64,000 bases of DNA, from assembly GCA_963727505.1 (NCBI GenBank), contig CAVSGP010000004.1, positions 800,001-864,000 of the forward strand, written 5' to 3'. This document shows, one piece after another, positions 52,302 to 62,126 of the stretch (within the stretch, counting starts at the first letter, position 1; each line of letters opens with the position of its first letter). Below the pieces are notes generated by a model that saw only the letters and a list, made by a program, of their open reading frames with translations, did no database searches and had not been told where the DNA came from. Source of the stretch: an uncultured Trueperaceae bacterium. GTDB taxonomy: Bacteria > Deinococcota > Deinococci > Deinococcales > Trueperaceae. The position numbers and the translations under genes were made by a program.

Positions 52302-53235
52302 GGGTCCGGGCAAGCTCCTCTGCCTTGTCGGCGATGTTGTCGGAGGTCAACCCGAAGTGTTCGAATAAGAACTCGGGTTCCCCTGTTGGAGCGAACTCGC
52401 CGGGGACACCGACCATCCGCATGCGGACCGGGGCCTCCTGAACGACGACCTCTGCTACGGCGCTACCCAGCCCGCCGAACACGGTATGCTCCTCGGCCGT
52501 GACGATCCCCCCGGTCTCCTTGGCGGCGGCCACGATGGCCTCGCGGTCGATGGGGCGGACCGTCGCCATATTGAGCACGCGGGCCTCGATGCCGCGGGCG
52601 GCGAGCCGGTCCGCGGCATCGAGCGCCTTGTGCACCAGGACGCCATTGGCGATGAGGGTGACATCGGTACCTTCTCGGAGCACCGCCGCCTTGCCGATCT
52701 CGAAGCGGTAGTCCGGTCCATGCACTTCCGGAACGCCCATCCGGCTGATCCTGAGGAAGATCGGGCCGTAGAACTCCGCCGCGGCCCTCACCGCCTGTCG
52801 GGTCTCCTCGGGGTCGGCCGGGGCCACCACCGTGAGGTTCGCAATGGCGCGCAGCCACGCGAAGTCCTCGATGGAGTGATGGGTTGGGCCCAATGCACCG
52901 TAGGCCATGCCGCTGCTCATGCCGACCAGTTTCACGTTGGTATTCGAGTACGCGACATCCGCCTTGATCTGTTCGAGCGCTCGGGCCGTGAGGAAGCAGG
53001 ACGCGGACGACACGAACGGAACCAGACCCGCGTTGGCGAGCCCGGCTCCCGTACCCACCAGCGTCTGTTCCGCGATGCCGACGTTGAACAGCCTCTCCGG
53101 AAAAGCGTTGCGGAACCCGCTCAACTTGCTGGAGCCGACGGAATCGTTGGCCACCGCCACGATGTCTTCGCGCTCGCTCGCCAGCGCCTCGAGGGTCTCG
53201 GCGAAGGCCAACCGGCAATCATGCAGCATGGGCAT
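52294..53235 (-). CDS. Transketolase C-terminal subunit (putative apulose-4-phosphate transketolase B)
   Basis: NVGIAEQ, RALEQIK, GPTHHS.ED, TAEEH..GGLG. Confidence 0.9.
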   Translation of the reverse strand: MPMLHDCRLAFAETLEALASEREDIVAVANDSVGSSKLSGFRNAFPERLFNVGIAEQTLVGTGAGLANAGLVPFVSSASCFLTARALEQIKADVAYSNTNVKLVGMSSGMAYGALGPTHHSIEDFAWLRAIANLTVVAPADPEETRQAVRAAAEFYGPIFLRISRMGVPEVHGPDYRFEIGKAAVLREGTDVTLIANGVLVHKALDAADRLAARGIEARVLNMATVRPIDREAIVAAAKETGGIVTAEEHTVFGGLGSAVAEVVVQEAPVRMRMVGVPGEFAPTGEPEFLFEHFGLTSDNIADKAEELARTHA

Positions 53236-54094
53236 CCCGCCGTTCCTCGAGCTCCCGGATCGCCTTCTCGAGCTCCTCGTCGGAGGGGACACGGTGGTGC
53301 CATCCTGCTTGATCCTCCATGAACGACACCCCGCGTCCCTTGTGCGTGTGCGCGATGACCGCGGTGGGCTTGCCCGCTACCGCGGGCGTCGTCCCGAGCA
53401 CGGCAGCCAAGGCGTCGAAGTCGTGCCCATCGACCTCACGGACCTCCCAGCCGAACGCCGCGAACTTGTCGGTTAAGGGATCCAGCTCGACCGTATTGGC
53501 CACGGCATCTCCCTGCTGAAGGCGATTCCGGTCTACGATCAGGGTGAGGTTGTCCAGGCCGTGCTGCGCGGCGTTCATTGCCGCTTCCCAGTTGCTGCCC
53601 TCCTGAAGCTCGCCATCGCCGGTCAGGACGAAGGTACGCCAGGCCCGCTTCTGCAACCTGGCTCCGAGCGCCATCCCCAGCGCCACCGGCAATCCGTGCC
53701 CGAGCGGGCCGGTGTTGGTCTCCACTCCGGGCACCTTGGTGCGATCCGGATGCCCGTTCAGGCGAGACATCGGCTTCATGTAACTCGCCAGCTCCTCCGT
53801 GGGGAAGAAGCCCGCATGAGCGAGGGTCGTGTACAACGCACCCGAGCAATGCCCCTTGCTCATGACGAACCGGTCGCGCTCGGGGTCCATGGGATCGCTG
53901 GGATCGACGTCCAGAACGCGGAAGTACAAGACCGTCAGGATGTCCATCGCGGACATGTCGCCGCCCGTATGCCCCATGCCGGCCCCGTGGATCATCTGCA
54001 GGTCATGGATCCGGAAGTCGTAAGCCAGTCTGTGTAGCTCATCCACCGAAAGAGTTCGTGTGGCGTCCCGGGTTGCCGACCTACTCATCGTCAT
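53219..54094 (-). CDS. Transketolase N-terminal subunit (putative apulose-4-phosphate transketolase A)
   Basis: GHTGG, DRFVMSKGH, TGPLGHG, GDGEL.EGSNWEA, DGHD, WHH. Confidence 0.9.
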   Translation of the reverse strand: MTMSRSATRDATRTLSVDELHRLAYDFRIHDLQMIHGAGMGHTGGDMSAMDILTVLYFRVLDVDPSDPMDPERDRFVMSKGHCSGALYTTLAHAGFFPTEELASYMKPMSRLNGHPDRTKVPGVETNTGPLGHGLPVALGMALGARLQKRAWRTFVLTGDGELQEGSNWEAAMNAAQHGLDNLTLIVDRNRLQQGDAVANTVELDPLTDKFAAFGWEVREVDGHDFDALAAVLGTTPAVAGKPTAVIAHTHKGRGVSFMEDQAGWHHRVPSDEELEKAIRELEERRDAHAA

Positions 54095-55092
54095 TCTCCC
54101 AGAAGCGCGGTCATGATGGTCTCCTGCGCCTCCATTGCGTCCTGCCGTTGCTGCGCTGCGCGCAGCGCATCGAGATCGATCCGATCGATCAGCGCGTCCA
54201 GTCGGCGCAAGGTACGGATGCTCGCGCGCGCTGCCCGCACCGGGTCCTCCCGGAAGGGGAACTGGTCCAGCAACAGCACGTCGCTCCAACCGATGCGACG
54301 GACCTCCAGCAAGAACTCGATCGTCTCCAGTAGATGAACGGAACCCACGGCGAGATCGTCATCCCACTCCCGCCAGTTGTCGTTGAGCTCGATGCTGGTC
54401 AGCCGCGAACGGCTGTCCACCAGGCGCAATGCCGCCGCAGGAGCCTCCTTGGCGAACAGCGAGTGCCCGAGATCCATCACGACGCCGATGTTGTCGAGAC
54501 CCGTTGACTCGATCGCCAGCAACGTGGTCGCAGCGTTGCTCCAGAAGAGGTGGGTTCGCGGCTCCTTGACCTTGTACTCGATGGCGAACTGCATGTCCGG
54601 GGCGCTGCGCGCCACCTCGGCCACACCGTTCACCGCCAGGTTCCACAGCTCCGAGTAATCCACCTGGAACGGATAGTCGAAGCCATCCTGCCCGGGCCAG
54701 AACTTCACGTACTTCGCGCCGAGCTCCCGAGCAACGGGGACACCCTCTTTGCTCAACGCGATGGCCCGGTTCCGGACCTCGGGATCCGGATGCGTGAACG
54801 ACCCTCTCGTGAAGGTGCGGTCGTAAATGATCGGGGTGATCGCGTGGGCTCGCAGTTTCGCCCGCCCGAGCGCCGCAGCGACATCCTCCGTCGAAACCCC
54901 CTCATCGAACGGGAAGTTGATGTCCAGGGCATCCAGCTCGCCGACCTCCCCGGCCCGTTCGATGGCCTCCAACAGCCCGACCTGAGGACCGTACGCGTTC
55001 GTGGCGTAGCGATCGATGAACTGTCCGAACATCCAAAGGCCCGCGCCGAAACGAAGTTGCGAATTCTTCTTCCCTGCGGCAGATTCAGCCAT
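54091..55092 (-). CDS. Xylose isomerase-like TIM-barrel sugar isomerase (putative D-apiose isomerase)
   Basis: WPGQDGFDYPF, IEYKVKEPR, DLGH, NDN...WDDD. Confidence 0.8.
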   Translation of the reverse strand: MAESAAGKKNSQLRFGAGLWMFGQFIDRYATNAYGPQVGLLEAIERAGEVGELDALDINFPFDEGVSTEDVAAALGRAKLRAHAITPIIYDRTFTRGSFTHPDPEVRNRAIALSKEGVPVARELGAKYVKFWPGQDGFDYPFQVDYSELWNLAVNGVAEVARSAPDMQFAIEYKVKEPRTHLFWSNAATTLLAIESTGLDNIGVVMDLGHSLFAKEAPAAALRLVDSRSRLTSIELNDNWREWDDDLAVGSVHLLETIEFLLEVRRIGWSDVLLLDQFPFREDPVRAARASIRTLRRLDALIDRIDLDALRAAQQRQDAMEAQETIMTALLGE

Positions 55093-55164
55093 GACAACAT
55101 CCCTTCAACGAGTTCGCCGGCGCCCTAGCGGCCATCACGACTCGATGCACCTCAGAAGATGAAT

Positions 55165-55184
55165 GGCAGAATATATATTCTGCC
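55165..55184. promoter_or_regulatory. Perfect 20-bp palindromic operator
   Basis: GGCAGAATAT|ATATTCTGCC in the leader of the sugar operon. Confidence 0.8.
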
Positions 55185-55206
55185 CCTATGCCTTTATTCC
55201 GGCGGG

Positions 55207-55235
55207 ACAATAGCGCCGAATCGTTCCCGTGTCAA
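55207..55235 (-). promoter_or_regulatory. Sigma70 promoter of the sugar operon
   Basis: Minus strand TTGACA-N17-TATTGT. Confidence 0.75.
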
Positions 55236-55532
55236 GAGTGGGAACACATCGCAATCATGAGACCTGGGCCGTGCACAGCTGCTTGCTCGGTCAGGGAGTT
55301 CCGTAGCCTCTACGCGCCAAGCTCCTGGCGGACTTTTCACGCCGGGCACCCTGGGCAGGAGCAGGGCGATCCCCAATGACTAGGGCCCGGCACCAGCAGC
55401 GGCGCGACGCGTAGGCAGCACGACCGCCCCCGTCTCTACCGTGCGCAACGAGCTCGCCATCTGGGACCGTGCGCGATCGGCGGGCGAAGGGAACGACGTC
55501 CTACGGTCGTGGCGCCGACAGCGCACCAATAA

Positions 55533-56375
55533 TCAGTCAGGAACGTAATCGAACCGGTCAGGGTGCGGGCCCGTACGGCCGGCCTCCCCCCGGTCCAGCC
55601 GGTTCAGGGCTTCCATGGCCGGGCGGTCCAGCTCGAAGTCGAAAAGCGCGAAGTTCTCGCGCATCCGCGACGGTGTAACGGTCTTGGGAAACACCACATC
55701 GCCCCGCTGGATGTGCCACCGGAGCACGACCTGCGCAGGCGTTCTTCCTACCTGACCAGCGACGTCACGAACGGTGGGGTCCCCCAGGACACCCCCCTGC
55801 GCGATGGGCGACCATGCCTCCGTCACGATGCCGTGCTCTCTCCCATAGGCTCTCACATCGTCGTTGGCGAGGTACGGGTGGACTTCGATCTGGTTGACTG
55901 CGGGAACCGTCTCCGTCTCGACGGCCAGCCGTTCGAGATGGGCCACCTCGAAGTTGGACACGCCGATGGACCGGGCGCGCCCGTCCTGCCTGAACTCCTC
56001 CAGCGTTCGCCAGGTGGACACGAAGTCACCGTCGTAGAGGCTCGGCAGAGGCCAGTGAATGAGAAACAGATCGACGTACTCGAAGCCGAGGTCGGCGAGC
56101 GTCCGATCGAACGCACGGCGGGCGTCGTCTGGACGATGGAAGCCGTTGTTCAGCTTGCTCGTGACATAGACGTCACCACGGGGCACGCCGGACGCACGGA
56201 TGGCCTCGCCGACCTCCCGCTCGTTGCCATACATCTCGGCCGTATCGATGTGGCGATAACCGATCTCCAGAACCTCAGAGACGGCTCTAGCGGTCTCTTC
56301 CGCGGGGATCTGAAACACGCCGAAGCCGAGCAGCGGGATGGTGTGGCCGTCGTTGAGCTTGATCGATGGGATCAT
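55533..56375 (-). CDS. Aldo/keto reductase (2,5-diketo-gluconate reductase-like)
   Basis: GYRHIDTAEMYGNE, TSK, LIHWP, IGVSNF, NQIE, WSP. Confidence 0.93.
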   Translation of the reverse strand: MIPSIKLNDGHTIPLLGFGVFQIPAEETARAVSEVLEIGYRHIDTAEMYGNEREVGEAIRASGVPRGDVYVTSKLNNGFHRPDDARRAFDRTLADLGFEYVDLFLIHWPLPSLYDGDFVSTWRTLEEFRQDGRARSIGVSNFEVAHLERLAVETETVPAVNQIEVHPYLANDDVRAYGREHGIVTEAWSPIAQGGVLGDPTVRDVAGQVGRTPAQVVLRWHIQRGDVVFPKTVTPSRMRENFALFDFELDRPAMEALNRLDRGEAGRTGPHPDRFDYVPD

Positions 56376-56682
56376 GGTGCTCCGTTCTCGGGTGGGATGA
56401 TCGCTTGCGGTGCGTCCTGAAGGCGGCCGGTGGGTGGCTCCACCAAGTCAGGAGCGCCTCGGGCCCGAATCTCCGTTTCGGCTGACAAGCTACCCGCGGG
56501 CGAGGATGGCGTCAAGCCCAGGGAACAGCGTGGCCCCGCGATGCATGTCGACGGCAGCCCGAGAGAGGTCGCCGTGACCATCGCCGCGCCCCACCAGAAC
56601 GCTCGCGCGGCGAACCGCTTCTTGCAGGCTCGCCGCTTGCCGGGATCGCCTGCAGCCTTGCCCGAACGGCCGCCACGGCAGG

Positions 56683-57236
56683 GTCAGCCGCGCAACCGCC
56701 CGCGGGACTCCTGATCGGGGTGCTGGATCAAGTAGGCCAGCCACCCCCTGACGCTCAGTTCGCCCAGGTCGTTGTGCCGCACGATCGTCGTGGGGTCGAC
56801 GTCGCGCTCGGCGAGCCGGCGGGCCAGAGCGACCGTCTCGGCCCGCGTCTCGGCGAAGGCCGCGCGCAGGGCCTCGAAGCCCGCGTCGACGTCGGGCCGG
56901 TACGGGTGGTACGTGTCCTCGACGAAGGGCTCGCCCAGCGGCACGCGCAGGCGCCGCTGCCCCCAGCGTTCGATACCGACCCAGTGCGCCACGGCTTCGC
57001 GGTTCCCCGGCGTGTCGGGCCGGCCGTTCATGCGCTGGCCGAGCTCCAGGCCCGAGACCTCGAGCTCGTTCGCGAGCTCGGCGATGCCCTTGTCGCGGGC
57101 ATGCCGCTCGGCCATCGGCCTGCGCACGAGTCCGATCAAGCCTTGGATGATCCTCATGGCCCAACCATCCCATGGCGAAGACGGGGGCACCGCAAGCCGG
57201 GATGCGGGCCGCGGCCTCGTGCGTCGGCTACGATCG
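56683..57236. repeat. Direct repeat copy 2 (partner 39091..39644)
   Basis: Same sequence as copy 1 with scattered substitutions; ends at the IS5 left IR. Confidence 0.93.
56684..57157 (-). CDS. DinB/YfiT-like protein, copy 2
   Basis: 144 of 157 aa identical to copy 1 by manual comparison. Confidence 0.75.
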   Translation of the reverse strand: MRIIQGLIGLVRRPMAERHARDKGIAELANELEVSGLELGQRMNGRPDTPGNREAVAHWVGIERWGQRRLRVPLGEPFVEDTYHPYRPDVDAGFEALRAAFAETRAETVALARRLAERDVDPTTIVRHNDLGELSVRGWLAYLIQHPDQESRGRLRG

Positions 57237-58251
57237 TCGTCGCTGAAGAACGGATGCACGATCGTGGGTGACGGCTGGTTTCGTTGTGTTCCTGTGTCGT
57301 GGTTCTGCGGGTTTTCGCGTCTGGAGCGCTGTTTCCTTGCGATATGTTGAGACGTGAGGCCGCCCGACAGTCCGTGCAGCGATTCCCAGGGGAACCTGTT
57401 CCGGGTGGAGCTCGTTGAGGTGGTGAATCACCAGCACTCGCTGGTGCGCCTGGCCGACGAGGTGGATTGGGCGCGGTTCGGGGAGGCGTTCGGCGTCACC
57501 TACGCCGACAACGTCGGCCGTCCCGGTGTGCCGACGCGCTTGATGGTGGCGCTGCACTACCTGAAGTACGCCTTCAACCTGAGCGATGAGCAGGTGCTGG
57601 CCCGCTGGCTGGAGAACCCCTACTGGCAGTACCTGTCGGGCATGAAGTTCTTCGAGCATCGCTTGCCGATCGGCTCCTCGAGCATGACGCGTTGGCGGGG
57701 GGGCATCGGTGAGGCCGGCGCGCAGGAGCTGCTTACCGAAACCATCGAGGCGGGGTTACGCTTGAAGCTTGTCAGGACGAGTCAACTTCAGCGTGTGAAC
57801 GTGGACACCACGGTGATGGAGAAGCACGTGCGTTTCCCGACCGATGCGCGATTGTATCAGCGGGCGCGGGCGCGGCTGGTGACGCAAGCCAAGGCCGAGG
57901 GCATGATTACGACGGGCCGGCGGAGGTGCACGTGGATCGGCGCCGCCGGGGGCGCATCCCCAAGAGCGTGTGTCGCTGGATGAAGCGCCGCGCGGCTTTT
58001 CACACCCACCATCGGGCACCTCAAGAGCGGCAAGCGCCTGGACCGCAACCGCCTCAAGGGCACCGAGGGGGACAAGCTCAACGTGCTGCTCAGCGCGTCG
58101 GGCATGAATTTCGCCAAGCTCCTCAGCGGGCTTCGCCAGGCTGCGGCACTCTTTTCCCAAATCCTGGCTCGCCTGCTCGAGACCCTCAAACCGCCAGCCA
58201 GCACGACAACCAGCCTCACACCCGCCTGACACGGACTTCTTCAGCAACGAC
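57236..58251 (+). mobile_element. IS5-family element, internally deleted
   Basis: IRs GTCGTCGCTGAAGAA (57236-57250) and TTCTTCAGCAACGAC (58237-58251) enclose transposase pieces. Confidence 0.85.
57354..58229 (+). pseudogene. IS5-family transposase pseudogene
   Basis: GRPG.PTRLM, ENPYWQY, VDTTVMEK..FPTD, then a jump to MKRRAA / frameshift / PTIGHLK..LDRNRLKG. The central domain and catalytic Glu are lost. Confidence 0.88.
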
Positions 58252-58669
58252 TCAAGTAGCTCGTACGGCATAGGCGGTAGCGTCGTGGATGTGTCGTCTA
58301 GGAAGCGGGGGTAAGCTTCAGCCGTTCTGGAAAGCCGACGGTCCTTCCTTCCTGATGCCTCACGGGAGCGGCGCCCGTCTCCCGCGGTCGCAGCCCAAAT
58401 GAAGGGAGCAAGAAGTGGGGTGGAGGTCAGGTGCTCGGTGCCTAGAGCGAGGACAGGCCCCTGGACAGAGCTACACGCAGATCGGGACTCTTGACCCAGC
58501 GTGGTCGGCAGGATGATTCCGAGGGCGGCCCTCTTCACGTTCGCCCCCATCGTCCGGGAGTCGCAGGTCCGAGTGGGGCCCGTGCTTCTCGGAGCTCAAG
58601 TGAATCGCCCGCTGCGGCAGGTTCATTGAGCGAGAGTCCAACACCCGCAGCCGGCAATAACCCGGTGCG

Positions 58670-59164
58670 CTACTCAAAGGCCGCGTCGAGCTGGCCTGGG
58701 CGTAACTCATACACGTTGTCGATCGCTCCGTCGATCACCAGGGGTGCAAGGCCGATGGTGGCGCTCCCCACCGCCACCACCAATAGCGGTATCGGCTCGA
58801 GCCCTGGAATCTGCGAGGCTCCGAAGCTGATCCCCGCGAAGACACTCATGGGTACCAGGATGAGGACGTCTCCGACCATGCCCGCCGCACCTGCCGGGGA
58901 GAGGGTCGGATCGAGCCAGTAAACTTTCGACTGAATTCCGTGTGACACAGAGATCTCGTGCCGCTCATTGGTGCTCACGCGAAGGGTCAGCGGCGCATTA
59001 CCGACGTACTCTCCGTCGGCCGAAACGCTTGCCGCAAGCGGACGGCTCGTGACATGAACCTCCTGCGTGCTGGCATTGAACATCGCTGCGCATCCCGAGA
59101 GGACCATGGAAAGCGCAGCCAAGCCAACAACAGCACTGACCGCGCCCAAGCGCGTGCGTGACAT
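58670..59164 (-). CDS. PEGA domain lipoprotein
   Basis: LSGC lipobox, VTSRP.AASV.ADG..VG..PL, C-terminal hydrophobic segments. TAGCAT lies 6 nt before ATG. Confidence 0.75.
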   Translation of the reverse strand: MSRTRLGAVSAVVGLAALSMVLSGCAAMFNASTQEVHVTSRPLAASVSADGEYVGNAPLTLRVSTNERHEISVSHGIQSKVYWLDPTLSPAGAAGMVGDVLILVPMSVFAGISFGASQIPGLEPIPLLVVAVGSATIGLAPLVIDGAIDNVYELRPGQLDAAFE

Positions 59165-59681
59165 GACTCCATGCTATTAGGCAGTTGCCACGGGCGACCG
59201 ATGCTCGGAGCTGGGCCCGCTGCCTCTGCACCAGGCGTGGGCCATCGCCGCCAGCCACAACCCGCACCGTGTCACATGGTCGGTGATGGGTGTGCTCGGC
59301 ACGAACGGCCGGCGGACTTCAACGACCACTACTAGGCCGAGGGGGTGGCTGCGACGGCCCCGCCCGGCGCGACGGCGCCGTCGCCTTGACACGTTGCGGT
59401 GTAGCCCCGCATCATCACGTAGAACACAACGCTTCTGCTGCAGGCGCGTGGGTCGAGCCCGGACGGTCGCCCGCGACGAGGAGGTGGCCTTCCGTGTACG
59501 CGCGGCCAGCCGCCCCTCACGCCTTCGTGTGGCGGACGAGCGGTGTTCATGAAGGCGGGCCGTGGTCCGCAAAGGGGCATGCGGATCCGGGGCGCACTGC
59601 GCCCCGAGGAAGCGTGAAGGGGCCGCGGCGACCGCGAGGGGAATGAAGCAGAGTCACGTTTCGTTGCGCTAGGAGGTCACT

Positions 59682-61583
59682 GTGAAACGCGCGAACCGAT
59701 ATCTGGGGTTGTGGGCCGTCTTGCTCGTCATGGCTCTGGCGGCATGCCAGAACACGTCCCCCAATGTGAGCCAGGACACCATGCCGGTCTACACCATCAA
59801 CCAAAACGGGCCCACCACTTCGCAGGCCAGCGCCCTCGCCAGCGCTCTCGGCGCAAAGGGGCTCTCGGTCGAGAGCGACGGCGTCATCCGCTTCGTCGAC
59901 GAGCAGCGCTTTCAGCACGTGCCCGTCATCGACATGCCGGCGGGACAGCCGGACGAAGAGGGCAGCGCGACCACCCAGCAGGCCATCGACCTGAAGGGGG
60001 TATTGCAGCTGGGCGAATACGATCCTGCGACCGCAGTCGACCGGGCCAAGGCGGCTCTGGACAGCGCCGGCCTCGGCGGCGGCACGGGACCGATCGGCTT
60101 CCAGGCCGAGCCCGGGCACACCACCTTCGAGATGGTGGACGGTTCCGGGAGCACACTCGCCAGCAAGCCGATCGACACGCAGGTGAACTACGCCTTCGAG
60201 CTCGGCGGTCGCGACCTGGTCGGGCCGGGAGCCCGGATCAAAATCGTCTTCGACACCCAGGGCATGCCGGCGCGCGTCCACTACGCGCTGCCCGCCGTCA
60301 GCAAGGGTGGCGACGCACCGATCATCTCCACCCAACAGGCGGGTGAGCTGGCGCAGCAGAGCCTGCGACAGCAGGCTGCGCAGCAGCACCTCGTCGGAAC
60401 GTTGCAGGTGGGAGATCCGACGCTGGTGTACTACGTGCCGCCCCCCTCCCTCGGCGCGAAGACGATCTATCCCTACTACAAGGTTGGCGGCAGCATCGTG
60501 GTCGGAGGAGAGACGGTGCCGCTGCGCGACACCCTCCTGCCCGCCGTGCAGAACGCGCCCCAGGTGCACACGTCGATGAGCGTCGACACCTCGGGCGACC
60601 CGCAGGTCACGGCCAAGGCCGACGTCAACGGCGGCACGCCGCCCTACACGTACCAGTGGAGCTCGTCCTCCACCACGCTGGACCCGTCCACCGCCACGAG
60701 CGGTCCGAGCGTCACCTACGCCCCTGACCTGTACACACGCGACCAGGCCGCGGTGAACGACGAGACCGTCAACGTGGTGGTCACAGATGCGAACGGCCTG
60801 ACCGTCGAGGGCAGCGCCACAGCGCCGCTACAGGCGGCGTCGCTCGGCGGCCGCGCCGCGCCGGCGGGCCTGTCGCCCATGGTCACCGGACCGATCGACG
60901 TGGGAACGGAGTGGATCGGGAACTGCGCCGGGCTCGGCGGCTCGTCCGGCAACGCCGGAGGCTTCGTCCAGGTGATGCGGAACCATGGTGTCACCGTCCG
61001 TTTCAACTGGGGGAACTCCAGCGCCTGGGAGCAGGACTTCAAGGACCCGTCGAAAGGCGGGAACGACACCAACTACGCGGACAACGCCGACTTCGTGTTC
61101 TATACGGGCCATGCCAACGGCAACGGCTTCGTGTTCTGCAACAATGCCCACGACGACACCTTCCTCAACTACAGCGACGCGAGCTGGGGCCAGAACGACC
61201 TCGAGTGGCTCACGATCGCTGCGTGCGGGCCGCTGCAGCTCGACAGCGGAGGGAAGGCCTGGTACCAGCGCTGGGGCCCGGCGTTCGACGGGCTGCACCT
61301 GCTGATGGGCTATGCCACCGTCACCTACGACAACCAGCGTGAGGGCAAGCTCCTGGCCAAGTACGCGTTGGGCGATAAGGGGGCGGCGCGGCCGTTGCGC
61401 GAGGCGTGGGCCCTCACCGCCACCGACGTCCAGAGTGAGAGCGAGATCTGGTCGGTGATGGGGGTGTACGGTTCAAGCTACGTGTCGGACTTCAACGACC
61501 ACTTCCACGGCCAGGGCAGCGTGGGGCCCGACCTGAGGGGCAGCGACATCCGCGGCTATTGGCTGATGCGCGGACCCTCGTGA
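59682..61583 (+). CDS. Lipoprotein with Ig/PKD-like and DUF6345-like C-terminal domain
   Basis: AGGAGG RBS, LAAC lipobox, GGTPPYTYQWS, ADFVFYTGH, WG..DLEW..IAAC, F.GLHLL.GY. Confidence 0.8.
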   Translation: MKRANRYLGLWAVLLVMALAACQNTSPNVSQDTMPVYTINQNGPTTSQASALASALGAKGLSVESDGVIRFVDEQRFQHVPVIDMPAGQPDEEGSATTQQAIDLKGVLQLGEYDPATAVDRAKAALDSAGLGGGTGPIGFQAEPGHTTFEMVDGSGSTLASKPIDTQVNYAFELGGRDLVGPGARIKIVFDTQGMPARVHYALPAVSKGGDAPIISTQQAGELAQQSLRQQAAQQHLVGTLQVGDPTLVYYVPPPSLGAKTIYPYYKVGGSIVVGGETVPLRDTLLPAVQNAPQVHTSMSVDTSGDPQVTAKADVNGGTPPYTYQWSSSSTTLDPSTATSGPSVTYAPDLYTRDQAAVNDETVNVVVTDANGLTVEGSATAPLQAASLGGRAAPAGLSPMVTGPIDVGTEWIGNCAGLGGSSGNAGGFVQVMRNHGVTVRFNWGNSSAWEQDFKDPSKGGNDTNYADNADFVFYTGHANGNGFVFCNNAHDDTFLNYSDASWGQNDLEWLTIAACGPLQLDSGGKAWYQRWGPAFDGLHLLMGYATVTYDNQREGKLLAKYALGDKGAARPLREAWALTATDVQSESEIWSVMGVYGSSYVSDFNDHFHGQGSVGPDLRGSDIRGYWLMRGPS

Positions 61584-62126
61584 GCGCCGGCTGACGGCTT
61601 CCATTCGGTGGCGGCCAAACATGGCGTCGGGCCGTGCTTCGGCGTGGTCGGCATCGCAAGGGCGCCGGGACCCGAGGGTTCCGGCGCCCTTCTCGTCCCG
61701 CATGCCCTGGAGGGACGAGATCCTTCTCGGGCCAGCTAGCTGCCGAGGAGGTCAGGGGGATGCGGCCGAGCGGTGTACCGCCCTGGGACATGGCAGAAGT
61801 CGCGATGCTGAAATCGCGACGCGGTCACCAGATGATGAAGCGCCGGGCCCCCGTTTGTGACGTGGTGGAAGGTGCAGAAATCGAACTTGCGGCGCCTCGC
61901 ATGGGAAGAGGGGGCCACAACCGAAGGTCCTGGCATCCACTAGATGGCAACGCACGGCAGCCCGAGCCGCACCCCGCCGAATTCATGGAGCAACGCCGGT
62001 CCACCTCCTCAAGCGCACCGGCAGCGTCGCATTGCCGTACCCTGAACATCGAGCAGCGGCGGGAGCCGCTCGCGCGCGTGTCCGGCGCGTGGACGCGGGC
62101 GGCGCCCCAGCCGCGGAAGGAGCAGC

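Noticed and set aside
59420..59530. attC-like CACAAC...CTGCAGGCGCG stretch
   Set aside because: No matching GTTRRRY end or adjacent cassette gene.
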